A stretch of 64,000 nt of DNA from Balanoglossus misakiensis (Eukaryota; Animalia; Hemichordata): assembly GCA_040954595.2 (NCBI GenBank), contig CM082578.2:17429912-17493911 (forward strand), written 5' to 3'. The first letter of the stretch is position 1, and each line of letters opens with the position of its first letter. Positions 11,501-25,523 of the stretch are shown here, piece by piece. The translations under genes and the position numbers were made by a program. The notes below the pieces were generated by a model. That model searched no databases. It worked only from the letters and a program-made list of their open reading frames with translations, and was not told the DNA's origin.

Positions 11501-14500
11501 ATTTATTTATTTACTTGTTCATCCACCCATTCACTTGTTTGCGTCCGTAAAGCCCAGGGCAACTGCAAGAACGCGTCCTTAGTTTGGCCGGATACCGGAT
11601 ATTTCAATTCACGCATGAATACAATTGCGGTGGCGGCGTACTGATTCTCCGAATTTCACCAATCATTGCCTTCCTCTCAACAACGAAGCAGGTGGTGAAC
11701 CTTCTAAAAATCTAATTGTCGTTGCAATCGTCCTACTTTGCATTCGTCCTCATTGCATTTTGCAATAAATATTTTCGTACGTTGTGCATTTCTTATCCGC
11801 TATTTATCGGGCACGGATTCACACGCTGTAAATCAGTTTTTACGGCTGTTGTAAATTACAATCGTTACTTTCGCTAGTCTGTGCATGAAAATTTCCCTAG
11901 TACACAAGACCAGAAAGTTCTCGTTTTATTTATAGATTGGACGAGTATCAAATGTTTGCTTAGATTCGTTGAGGTCACACGGGGAACGGCACTTACGAAT
12001 CACTGCTTACGCAAGAGGGGAAATAGATGTTTTTTTCTGGTGATCATGCGAAAAGAACTCAACTTCAAAATGCGCCGGTTCTCCCTCGGCTATGAAGGCA
12101 GAAAGCAAACCCCGCGCCCAATAAATAATTCCGACATCCCTCGAGAGCAGGAATGTCTTCCATTTAACCTCACCCGAATCAGATCTGACAAATTTCGCTT
12201 CTGCGCTCAGAGCGAGATACTAATATTAAACCATTCTTGCAAGGTTTCCGGAGACGTTCTGCCTTCAGGCTGGATGGCACTTCAGTTTTGTCTAGACAGC
12301 AGCTGATGATACCAAATCGAAAGGTGATTTCGGTATAAATCGTCGTGTACTATACTGTGCGGTGACTTCAAAGCAAGACTCGGGCATAAAAATTCGTCTA
12401 TCGCCATCTTGACCCAAAAACATCGACACGGATTGAGTTTAATTCAATACAAAGTGCAGGGAACTGATTCATTTTACCACGTGACGGATTTTTTTTGATT
12501 AATTCAATCGGTTTTCTAGACTTTAATAAATCATTTAAGTGACGGAGTTGTGCATCATTGGTTGGCTGGTTCGTTTCCGTGACGACCTCTTGCACTACAA
12601 AACAGATGCCTGCGCAATCTTCTCTATGTTTTTTCTCTCTGTCGAAATGATACATAGCTAATGCCCCAGCCCATATTTCATGGTTTTAATACAACCGTTT
12701 CATAAATCTTCGTCAGGTCCAGGCGTGCTTCCGACGAGCTGATTGCAAAATATCAATTTCGCGCGCATTTGTCGACATCCCTCAAAGATTTTAATCACAC
12801 GTTTTCTGTGACTCCGATCTTTGTCATTTCTGCTTGAACGCCTTACGTTCCCATCCACCATCTATAGCATGCACTGTGCGATGTATCCAACACCAATCAA
12901 AGAACACGCACAACAAAATCACGCTGGCAAGAGTACACTTACCTTTCTTCCAGCTCGATTGTTGTGCAGATTCATAAGAGCTCGAGCGTCTCGTGTTTTC
13001 CTTTCTTTTGCGTCAATAAACATGCGAGAGAAATCACTGCCATATTTGATGTTGTCGCTGCAACCTCCCCAGTCAAATTCGCCGACTTTGTCTCGGTGTT
13101 TTCCCTTCTTCGTCGGATCACAGGCGCAATGCTCCAGGTCTCCTTTGCTGCATGAGCGGGTAATGGCATATACCACGCCAGACGACGAAATGGCATACAC
13201 GAAAGCCGCCTCGCGACTTCCAGCTAGAGAAAGGAACAAAAATGGATGATTAGTCAGAGAAATTGTTCTTAAATCGCAGACGATTTAATAAGGAAATCGG
13301 AGTTATAGAGAAGGATAAAACATTGAACGATGAAAGCCATGGTGGAAATTCCGACTTATTTCGAATTCGTTGTCTTCGTGAAAGTTGCCGACGGTGGAAC
13401 CAAGATATCGGTGCATGGTCCGACACGATGGCACGTACAGATACTGAACTTGCACTATAGAGCAGTTCCTGATTAGTATCATGGTTTGAAAGTGAATTAT
13501 TCGCAATGACACTCTTTGAAATAACACATATATAGCGAACAACATGCCTTGTATTTAAATATTCAATTTGTGGCCATATGCACCGTGCAATTGAAAAAAA
13601 ACGTGAGGTGAGTGCTAAACTACGCTCAATTTGATCTTCAACGTGAATCGGTCGTTATATTTAGCGGGCAATAAACTGAAGAAAACTGAGCGTGTTTTTG
13701 CATGTTGAAAAATCGCGATTGTTTTATGGAGGTGTAATCTCTTTCGCAAGATAGGCAAGAGAATCTATTTTTATTACCAAGGTACAAAATACTTATGCAA
13801 AGCTAGCTGGCAACTGAATGGCCTTCAAATGGAACCAAACTAAACGCAACAAAAATCTCTGAGACCCTAGGGCCAATTTGATGGCTCATCAGACACTCGA
13901 ACCATAAAATGGTCAAGGTGCCCCCTGTCTCATAAGTTTTCAACGGATAGACGGAGCCGTAGCAGATTGTATTGAGGTCTCCAAGCTGTATATTGGTAGT
14001 CTTAGAGCAGAGTCTTGTGTTGTTGTTTTTTGGTGACATCGGCGTTATGTCGTGCACCAGCGCGTTCTCCCATGGCTGACCACGGGGAATTCGTATCATC
14101 TATAACGATCCGAAAATACCACTTGCACAAAACGAAATTAATCGTTTCCCCGGCAGTATCGCGTGCGCGTGAACTGGCCAGACACGTCGCGGCTGAGTGG
14201 TTACTTCGACTAATTACTAGGTTGGTAACGGTAGACGATGGGGAAACCCCTTGAAGAAAAGAACAATATTTCCGTACAACGTAGCGACCGATATCACATC
14301 TGAACTTTGTATACAGAAGCATCACAAACTGAAACGTCCTGACTTTGATTTTGATTGACGGACGTCCAGCTAACTCCAGTGCAAAGTGCAATAGGCACGA
14401 TTGAGTGAGTTTTTTACGTGAATTTTTTACACGAATACATGTACGTGAACTCAGAAAGAGAGGGGGTGGAAGACGGACAGGCAGAGGAAGATACTGACGC

Positions 14501-17500
14501 ATTACCAATGCCGCCATGAAACAGATCGTTTTTATCGTGTGGTCACCGTGACGCTGAATCAGCAGTACATCCTGCCCGGACATGGCAAGATAGGGTCAAT
14601 ATTAGTGACTCCTACATGTGTGTTTTGAAGGATGCTCATTTGTCAGTGGATATTGAGTGCATTCTACACTTCGCTCGGGGGAGAAACCTTATCTGTGAAC
14701 CCGTGCATTGAAGAATACAACGTCTTCCAAATTTTCTCCAAGGATATGAGAGGGGAGATTTACATTTCACTCCAAGCGGAAGACCGGGCCATTTTGGCCT
14801 TTTCTACAATTTACAATAATCTGTTGCGGTTTTTGAGAGGAACGCATCCCACCTGAATACCAGTGGCGGAAACCTCCCATTCAACGATTGGCAACTGAGA
14901 GGCATTCAGCCATTAATTAGGTTTAAACAAAGGTTTCGGCTCAGCAATTAGATCCTTCCAAACGAAGTTAATCGTTACTAGCTCATTCTAAAGGGCTTTG
15001 CATAAGACATGTTTTGAGCTGGTTTGTTGTATTGAAAAGTGGTATGGTAAACGGTCTGCAGCAGACGGGCTAGAATCGATGCACAATGCACCATACAACA
15101 CTGCCTTCTTAACTGGGCCCTAATCCCCGCCGAGAACACAATGGTCAGATATCGCTACAGCCTTGCTTAACAGACTATTCCCATGAAGCAGAAAGCTAAG
15201 ACGCACCCCTTCTGAAACTTTGACACTTTCTCTCTGATCTGAGCAGACGCGGGTATCAGTGTTGACTATCGCTTCAGATAGTAAAGAGCGCGTCACCGCA
15301 GATGCTACTGATCCGTAAATAAACTTAAATACGTCGTCACCCGATTAAAATTCCCTTTCCCCAAAATCTTGGCGATATCAATTGCAGAAAAAAAGAGAGT
15401 CTATATCCCTCTTGTCTGACATCCCTACTGCCTGTCCAGTCTTTATAACATGGCCGCTTTTCATCCAATAAAAACAGTTCGTCGAATGTCTATCTAACTG
15501 GAACAAAATCAACTTCGGAGTCAACGTTGTATTTGCATAGAAAACACGGTAGCACAGTGTCCATTGATGGTCTGTCTGCCCGAGGGAGGACAGGGGGCAA
15601 ACTGCAGACATTTTCAAAGGGGCACGTCACCGTTTGTTGACGTGAAATTACCGAACTTTCGCATCACCAGGCGATGGAATATCTTTCGCTCGCGCATTAA
15701 TGTAGCCCGACAAAGACTTTAGATGAGAAACTGGAGGCTTGGTGCAATTCTGTATAATTTTTTGAAACGGAAATCAAAAGACCGAGGTTATATCTGCACA
15801 TTTCGCATATGTGTGCCCCATATGTATGTTTTGATGCGATGCATTTGAAATGTCTATTGGGAAAGAACACGAATGGCGTAATATTCGTAGAAAACGTGTT
15901 GTTTTACCAGGATAGCCCCTGGCTCAAATTAACGAATGTTGTCGCTTCCTTTTAACTTTCCTCGTTTAGTGTGTTTGTCAACACAGGTTCGTGAACGTTG
16001 CCTAATTACTAAGTTACATCTTTGTGGAGAAAGTCAACGTTTTCAAAGCAAGGGAGCCCGACATGTACTTTGTCGACTCTTCCGCTGCCCGTCCGATCTT
16101 TTAAACGACATTACAATGATTTTGTCTTACCCTGTCAAAACAACGAGGCGTGTATTACCATGAGAAAGATTCGTTCATTGAGCAGAAGGAAAATAATTAC
16201 TGACTGAAGTGAAACAGTTTTACAAGGCTGTGACTTCAGAACTAAGAATGAGTGGGCTGTAAGCGTCGACAGTCGGCAAATTTCGAACAGTTTTCTTGCC
16301 TATACCGTGTCACCAAAACAAAAGGTAACGCGTTCTGGGCGCTGGTAAAAAAAAAGTAACATTGTAAGGAGGAGAATAGTGGAGTTCCTGCTGTATTCAG
16401 TGTGATTCCAAGGGGATTAAATACTAATATCGGACAGGACAAACTGTATACTTGTCACAAAACAAGTTAAGGCCAATTCAACGGAGAGGGGGCTAAAGAA
16501 AATACAAACTACAAAACAGGAGGTTGCGACTGGGGCTGGGCAATTCAACGTATACTGTCGGTTTAATGCGGGCACAACAACAGTAACTTCGAAGGGAGAA
16601 AAATAAATAAAAGAATTTCCACTCACTCTTTAGCATGGTTTTCCCAAAGACCGAGGAATCCTTTTCGAGGTTACTACAATTCCAGCGGTTATTTTTGAAT
16701 TGGTGCTGACACTCTTCGATTCCCAGAGCGACTCCCACGCCTATGCTGACCATCTCGTCCGGATACTGTCGGCATAGATTTCTCTGTTTGCTGGCTAATC
16801 CCTGTATGTTGTCGCACATCACACGTGCTCCCACGGCGTGTATTGATAATTGACTCAGAAACCTGCAACACATACAACACAACAGTGTTGTCAGTGAACC
16901 ACCACACCATAAAGTCGATATCATGTACAAACAACTGTCGTATAAGATCTAATTTGCCGCCATTGGACCGGATCTGTGCACGGACGGGTTTTAACATTTT
17001 AACAAGAAGAACACGATATTACGGTTAAAAAAATAACTCGTTATTCCTTTCAAATGAGCTTGGATCTCTGTCCAAAAAGTTAGTTTTCCCCTGAAATCAC
17101 AAGCATACACTGAGTCCATCTTAATGACTAGAACAAATACTCATGAAGACCACAAACACGTGTTATCATATAATACGGTAAACCTCGCAAACTGTCGGCG
17201 GACGGCGAAAGTGGTGTCTCCGCGGGAAAAAATGACGTTTTCGAATTTCAGAACTTCGGTGTCGTCACCGAGCCCGTATAAAAAGATAAGAACACTAGAT
17301 TAACGAAAAGGGCTCTTCAGAGTTGGTGTATCTTATTACCGAAACGATCCTACTTGGCCATACCGCGACGGTATATAACACCTCCAGAAGTGGGTGATCT
17401 TCAGCAACCGGCTCTATCACCCAACTGGCATTTGAACATCGACAAAGATTCGAGAAAAGTATTCGACTAAATCGTGGAGAAATTCTGCAAGCTGATACTT

Positions 17501-17582
17501 ACCACCAACTGCATTTAACTTGTTCGGAACAGAAGAACAAAAACAGGAGCGTGCCGAGTAAACTGATTCTGATATAGGCCAT
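8517..17582 (-). CDS. WNT2: Wnt2 ligand (391 aa, 5 coding exons)
   Basis: Exons are 17582-17503 (signal peptide [17 protein letters not shown]...SWW), 16862-16627 ([11 protein letters not shown]...[13 protein letters not shown]), 13223-12943 ([13 protein letters not shown]...FDWGGCSDN...[15 protein letters not shown]), 9306-9042 ([17 protein letters not shown]) and 8830-8517 (CCGRGYDT...[11 protein letters not shown]). All junctions are GT-AG with compatible phases. RVMCDN, DVHTCK and linkage to ASZ1/ST7 point to the Wnt2 subfamily. Confidence 0.93.
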
Positions 17583-20500
17583 CCTCAAATCCACATTAGC
17601 CGTTGTGTGCTACAAGATTTTCGTAGATTTCCAACACTAGCACCACATATTTGTTGGCGAGGGCTCGGTGACACCGTGACCATATCGGGAGACTTCAAAG
17701 GCTGCGCTCCGCCAGCTGATTGGCTGGTCGTGGTAGTCAAAGCTACCGCAACTGCAGGCTATGTGCGCGCGATTGACGACACTTCTAGGTACGGATAATG
17801 GTGAGGCTGTTGCCAACAAAATAGGCAACGGGTAATATCTGAATATGCAATCAGGCGCCGATCAACAGGTTAGGTGGAAGATATCGTAGGAGGGGGGGGG
17901 TCCCCCTGACTAATTTAGTAAAAAATACTATACACATACTAAAACAGTCTGGATAAATCACAACACTTTGAGATATTAGTGTAAATATAATATCAAGACA
18001 AAACCAATTCTTGACTTGGTGAATTTTTTTCCGGGGAACGGAAATTTCGCGGATATTGAACTGTCTGTGGCCTTAAATGAATAAGTCGCAAGTCTGGGCC
18101 GTGTTTCCGATGCTAACCGACCTTCTAAATACGAGTGTATTTTTCCCAAGGGCTACTGCCACTCCGATATTATATTTCGTATGCACTGCCTGGCTGCACT
18201 CATCTGCTAGAGTCTGGTTTACATTCGACTTGTTACGGGGTTGAAACTGCAAGTTTCCACAGTCTGAAGGCTGGAAAACGTGCGTTGTACATGAAGTGTT
18301 TTATTTTTAATCGCGTGCCATAAAAATGACAATCTGCGGTAAATACATCATTCTTTGTCCTCTCCAACATCTTACTTCGTTATGAACAGCTAGTTCTGAT
18401 TTTTTTATTACTATTCGAATAAACTGCATCGCTGGCGATGATGTCATCAGGAAGGAATGCGACGGAAAACAGTTGACGCAATTACCAACACGCGGGGTTA
18501 TTTGTTGGGGGGATGAAGTGGCCACCATAGGTAAGTATATACGGGTAAGACAATACCGATTTCACGGGGGAGTGAAGCACGATCTACTAGGAGCGTCTTG
18601 TTTTAATTGATTGGTGCATTTAAAAGGATCCGACCCCATTCACGCGCACTGAGTTCATTTCAGTTCCTTAAAAAGCTAATTAACATGATGTAATGGACAA
18701 TGGTCTCCCACCGCTGCCACCTTTCCGTTACAGCGCAATTCACACCACTTGAAAATATGTTGTATCACATGAGCAGCCATGTTACGGACCACTCTGACCA
18801 AACAGATGAAAACGCACGTTGGTCAACCACCCTAGCCGCGGCGGCCGCGATCAATGTACCAAACTCAACGGTTAGCCTAACTTTTTTTCTTTCTTTTAAA
18901 GCAGTTAATTGCATTTTGTTCCCAATAATGTAATAAAAACAGCGACAAGTATTGTTTTAACACGAAACCTTGTCGGAACGGGATCCAATTATGAGGTGCT
19001 TCACACTTTCAAGTGCTTAGAGTTTGCCGAAAGTGGTATCAATCGAATCTTGTGAAAACTAAAGGCCCACTCTACATATACATGACATGTAGCCGCACCA
19101 TCAAGTGTCAAGTACTTTCACAACCCGAACGGAAGGAGTTAAGAAAACAAAACCCTCATTTTCGACACTTCTTGAAAAAAAGCCACCGACTGCGTTGTTT
19201 TTGGTCTGTACGGGTTTATTTAACCCGGCACGGCCACGACTTGGCGTATTTATACAATAAAGACTCCGTTTTGATGTCAACTGAACTGACCCGTACACGC
19301 GGGGCCCATAACGTCGATTTACCGGGAGAATGAAGTTGTCAAGTCATAAAAACCCTTGGCGTCAACAGTCCCGCAGCAACAGGGTCGATCCAAAGTCGAG
19401 GCAAGGTTCGCAATGTTCGAGTTTTTCACAAAAAGAACACCCCAAGCGGAGGTTAATCACCAGAGGACCTGTAGAATTGGTCAATTGGAATGTCACAGAC
19501 AGAAAAAAGCACAAATGTTCTATAGGAGAGGAATGGGCGCCAAAAAAGCGACAAACCAACACAGACTACTGGGATACGTAGTAAATTCCACAGCTGAATC
19601 GCATCGCCGCACTGGTATCTATCGCATCAATTACATTTCAATCCAATCTTCACACCCACATACGTGATTAGATAAACTCTCTCCACCGTTGTGGTCGAAT
19701 CAAACAGACGAAAAAAATTAAAGCCGCACCTTCTGAGCGTTCTCGGTGTAATTCTATGTATTTTGTTCTTCGGCGGAAATCGCTGAACGTGGGCTTTTTG
19801 AGCATGCATGCATACTCTCTGTGAGGTTGCCTCCGATGAGTGTTTTGTGACCTCGGGATTAAGAAATCGAGAAATTGGCGGGGGTAACGCGACCCCATCC
19901 CTCATTACCGGAAAGTGGCGGAAGACAATGAGTGGTAATTAGCTAATTATTAATGTAAATAAATATTGCTACTTGTATTTCGCACTGGCACGTTCTGGCG
20001 TATCATACAACCCCCGTTATTTTACGCGGACACTGTGTGTGGCCCAGCGCTTGTGCCAAGGGATCCCGACCAGTTGATACTTTACCAAGGTCTTTTGAAG
20101 GTCTGTGGGAATCTGGCAAACTTGAAAGGAAAGGTGCATGTTCATTCAGTTTTCAGGAAGAAATTCTTGAAAGCTACAAAGAGAGGGGCATCATCACCAC
20201 AAGATGCATAGTTGTATTTAGGATTAAGAAATTACCATAGATTATGCAAATATTTTGATTTTACTGCGTGGACGTGCACAAAATGCATGTAACCATAGCA
20301 GAGCTTGGGGTCTCTTCTTTTCCGGTGGGCTCAGCTAACCAAAATCTTAAAAACACAACAAATCGAAGATGAGCTTCAAGAAACAAAACAAAACCCGAAG
20401 TAATCATGCAGATTTTTGCAGTCTTAGGCGTATATGTTTTGAACCCCCGGTTCTTGCTCTGCATCCTGTGCCAGCCAAAACACACGCTCGGTCAGCGATA

Positions 20501-23500
20501 TCTTTTGAATTTTCAAGATCATTATTGAGGACAGAAGCCCGAGGGAGGTATTCAAGTGATCAGCTAATGACCAGACCCACTTATATGGGTTACGAACGTC
20601 GAAAACAACATTATATATACTGTACACTGTACACGTATATACAACAAGTCCGTCATTTTCCGTATTTTACTCGTTTTTAATGCGTACATGTGTATTTAAA
20701 AATCGGTAAAAGCTGGAAATAGTACACGCATTTTAATTAAGAAAGGCATTTGCTTTTCAAATCTAAGTAAATTAAACTATGAATTGCCATCAAAATTTTC
20801 ATACTGGTTTCATTGACATCTAATCTGCACTTCTCCACTTTTTTTACCAACAAAGCCGTGCGGTCGAGCTGTCTATATTTGTAACAAACAAGTGTGAACT
20901 TTGAACTCTGAAAGAACTGCACGATGTACGTTGCTGGCAGTCAGTTGGTTTCTATAATGGGTCATTGTAAGTCCGAAGTAGACAAGGGGCAACCCGTTTC
21001 GAGTGAAATGATCCGTCAAGCGCGCTGCAGATCTGCACCTGGTATTCGCTGACTTCCAACGACTTCAAAAATGATAACGGAACTTTCTTTTCTGCGCCAT
21101 GACGGGGCCATCCATCCAAAGAAAAGAGTATAGATCTAACCGAAGACATGTTAACACGATTTATACGCTCAGATTCATTGAAACCCTTCTCCACTCATCC
21201 ACTTTCTCCCAATATCGCTCTCCTGCTCGCCCCCATTGTTCTCACATGTTCTGACACACCGTGTGGAAATTGCAAATATAGATTTCGACATCTTTTGTAA
21301 CTGTTCCATGGAGAGAAGGGATTTCCAGATATCTCAAAGTTAAATCGTGCCCAAAGACACGAATAAATTTTCCGCTTTTTCTCCAAGAGGTGTAATTTAC
21401 GGAGGAGATAATCGGGTGCCCCCAGGGGAAATTTTTGTCACTTCCCTTTTAAGGTCTATCCCGGCATGCATTTACGACGGAGGAATTCGATACTCCTCGA
21501 AAGACGTTCGCTTTTGTGATTTGGTTATACGCTATATATGTATACATTTAGCCAAATAAAGCGGGATTTGACTGAGCACATTCATTATGGGCTAAGCCAC
21601 ACGTCTCAGTTTTCCAGCTGCCAGTTTTAGAGGACGGAGGGGGGGGAAACGGGAAGCTCAGACTTACTGAGCCGTAAGAAACTCATTGATTCCCGTGTAA
21701 AGCCGAAACTAATGCGAGCAAAGTGTGTTAGACTGGGCCCACACAGGCCGAGGGTCAGTGGATGCGAAGCGACGCGGATGGCGCTGGATTTGAGGCGGTG
21801 GAGTTTGATCGCAGCCCTGGGCCATACTTTTGTGCATGATCAATCGATGACAAAACGCCAGTGTCTTTCCGACGAGGTATTCTTTCAGGGTCTATCAGCT
21901 GCCATTACACCGTTCATTACCCAATTCCTTACTTTGCATCCATATACACATCTGCTGAGTTATATTGGTGTCCCAGTCACCACAGACCCCTTGACTCAGC
22001 CGAAAGCGTTCAGGACAGACTTCCGTTTGGTCGCATAAACGGGGCTATTTTCAGTACTTATTGTACTAATTTACCACTAACACTCCTTGTACACTTAAAA
22101 TAGTACTTGGAAGAAGTTGCGTTTAGCAAGGTGGGGTTGTCTTGTGTAAGTTATTGTATCATTTCATGCATAATAATTAATATTGAACATTTACCGTATA
22201 GCAAATGGCAGAGCCCTTAGTGAACTCTTCGATTGTCAATTTATAATGTAGGACATACTGGTAGCTCCCCGCAAAACAGCAAATGGCCCAGCCCTAAGCC
22301 CACGCTTGGTCCAGTCATGAACACATGACAAGCTCGGCCATGACGTCAAAAAAGGGAATCGTCGATCAACAAGATTGCTTACAACCGCAACAAACACTTT
22401 TTTGATTTCACAATAAACTCTTTCACCAGCTATAGGCACTGCTATCATCTGAAGTATTTCAAGTGATGGGATAGCCACGCTAGTTAATTACCTGTAACTT
22501 TTACTGGTGAATGGAGAAGGGCGCGCATCGTAAGTGCAGGGACTATGTCTTTTTATAATGCGATTGCCATTTAACCCGCTATTGACAGTTTTTCTTTACA
22601 ACTGGGAAACTAAAGTTTAAATTGGTTTACCTGGGGATATTTGTTGCCTCCGAATCACCAACTTTATCAACAGAGCGAATGCTCTCTTTTAAACAATTAA
22701 TTATGATCTTGACTGCGTTCTTGGCAAAGCTCCAATAATAAGACATGTAACGTACCCAAGTCTTCGGCTATTTCTGCATCTTGTCTTGTACGCATCCGCC
22801 AGGTTGTAAACATTTCAGAATTTTGTTTTCTGAAAAAAGGAAATACATGTACAGTCATTACTTTAGAAGTCGGTACAAAGAGTGTCATACTTTGTGGACA
22901 GACTACGAAACATTTCTCGAGAAGCCAACCGCTTCAAGATTTCGTTCTTTGGAGTCAATCCTGTCTCGATCGCCGTCAGATCCTCCTCCGCTCCAGGTTT
23001 CTTAATTGTCAATCAAAGGGAATGACTTTACCGCACGCAACTTTATTGGCAAATCGACCTACTCTTGAAAAAAGTAACACGACACTCAATGTGCTAAAGA
23101 TGCAAATTGCTTTTGGGATAATATTAAGGGACGTGTCTCTTTCTGAATCTTCACAAGAGGAGGTTGCCAAGGCGACGCGGAGGGGGTAACTTCTCCCCTA
23201 ACCCTAGCTTGAACTTTTGAAAATCTCTCACATTGATTCACACCTTCAGCAACACACTTTTCAGTTTTCCCCCTTATACCATGTTCAAAGTGACGTAATA
23301 CAATCTGATGATTTTAAACGCCCATATAAAGCAAGCAGCCAATTTACTCTAATTACTCATTCCATCGTGTATCAGCAAAACTACAGTACAAAGAGAGAGA
23401 TTTGGGTCTAATGCATTTGTCTTGGGTTTTAGGTGGGCAGGACCGATCGAAGAAATTAGTCTCAGGTGGTAAATTGCAACGTGTTACATGGAAACGCCTG

Positions 23501-25113
23501 AAATTGACTGGAAGAAGACTGGTTCATTGTCTTCTTTTAATTGTGTGACGTATAAAACGGATGTCCACATCGAAGTGTTCGGATTTTCCGTAACAAAATC
23601 AATAGCAGGTGAGATGTAACAATACTACATCTTTCAGTCTGCCCTCAGGGTAAAATTCAGCCTGCCCTGGGGGGCAAATGGTCATGATGTAATGTATAGA
23701 TTGATTGACTATTCGTCATGACAGCATTATTAATATTTTAGTGTATTTAATTGCAAGACAGTCCCCTAGCAGACAGAGAAGACACAAAAACCTCAAGCGA
23801 TCTTTTGATCCCGGTTGGATCTTTATAAGCGTTGAGACTAGAAAATAATGGTGAAGGCGCAAAAAAATGGAAGATGCTCACATATGCATGGCAACGCTCA
23901 TCCAGAATTGTGTACATCAATATATTTTGTTTCCTGGAACCCATAAAGAGAATGACACATTTGTTTCTTGAGGGCACCGTTTGAAAATTTCAACAAACGT
24001 GGGAGGGCTCGAGGGGGGGGGGGGCATTTAGTATGTCTTCCCAAGTTTAGTTGGAAGAATTCACAGACAATCGGGACAACTAACAAACCACACTTTCCAC
24101 ATCCAAACCACAGCCACACAATGTCTTCCATCTGTTTTTCTTTCAATGAACACAAAAAGATGAACATGAAACAACTATTTATCATATTTACACAGTCGAG
24201 AAACACCACCCTACTTAGGACTTGTGTAATCTTTCAAAATATAAAAATATAAGTGGATGTCAACCAAGGGAAAATACTACAAATGTAAATACACAAATAA
24301 AAGCCTGTAAAACTCAGATCATGATTCAGATGACTTAGAGATATTTGACTCAAGATTACTGTTTAAGTATGCTTTTTATGTAAGTACCAGCAACTTGACA
24401 AAGAATTGACAAAGATAATTTTGGCTTGCATGCAGTATGGCGCATACTTGAAACATATGCAAATCAGTTGTAAATCACTCATAACTTTGGCAGTGCTTCA
24501 ATTGGAATACAATACAGCAGATTGCAATCATACTCTTGAATGTTTTTGCCACACCAATCAAAAAAGAGAAAAAAATGATTGATTTCTCATAATGCAATAT
24601 ACTTTTACAACTGCTTATAATCAGCAGTTTTCATAAAGCACCATGTCTGAACTTTAAATTGCTATGAACTACCACTTTGTGCTACAAATCTACGACTTCA
24701 AGGGCACATGCATTACCCCTCCACCGGGGTAGGTTGGAGTTGTGAAAGGTGAAAGTGAAACTAACTTTTCAAATTTATTGCTATGATCTAGTATAATAAA
24801 GTTTGTCTAAACTACAAGTACTCATCAAAGGTAATACGAGTTTCCCGAAATTTCATACTTATGAGGCTGCCTCCCACTCATGCCCACCTGTCAAATACCA
24901 AGGGTGACATCATTTCCTTGATTAAACCACCATGATTGGATGTGAAAGTCAAAATTCCAGGTGTACCCTCTTTTTCAACCACTGATATAATCATTACATC
25001 TGTGGCAGTGAAAACTATGCTATGCAGCAATTTCTGCAAATAACGGAAATTCAAATCAAAAATTCATGTTTTCATTCATGTAGAAGACAGAGGTTTTGTG
25101 TGCGTATGTAGGC

Positions 25114-25142
25114 ATGTGTGTGTGTGTCTGTCTGTCTGTCTG
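25114..25142. repeat. (TG)n/(TCTG)n microsatellite
   Basis: atgtgtgtgtgtgtctgtctgtctgtctg, downstream of the ASZ1 stop. Confidence 0.8.
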
Positions 25143-25523
25143 TTCCGTTGATGACCCACCATCACACAAGGTTGTCTGTGATTGGTTGGTTTCTTTGTAG
25201 TTCTTTGTTAGACCTACATGTGAATTTGTACAACAGGTGCCAAACAGTGGCAAGAGATGAGCTGGAGACTAAACACCATCACACAGGATGCAGATGGAAC
25301 AGTGTATGTAGATAATCACTCATGTTGTCTCTCTGGTCTTCTGTGTTTAAAAGAACGGGTCCAAAGACGTTGAAACCATAAAACACATCAAGTTCTGCAA
25401 CCGTCACAGTCCAATGGAAACGAGCGTAACATCAGAAACTTTCAATCAACTCCCACATCTGTCATCAGTCTCCAAGTTGTAAGTATTGCACTCTTGAACT
25501 CACAGCATTCCTTCTTCAACATC

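Noticed and set aside
11881-12306. 141-aa ORF in Wnt2 intron 3
   Set aside because: Non-ATG start, no homology signal and random-looking composition.
14002-14583. Longest unspliced ORF (193 aa) in Wnt2 intron 2
   Set aside because: No motif is recognisable, and the flanking Wnt2 exons join correctly without it.
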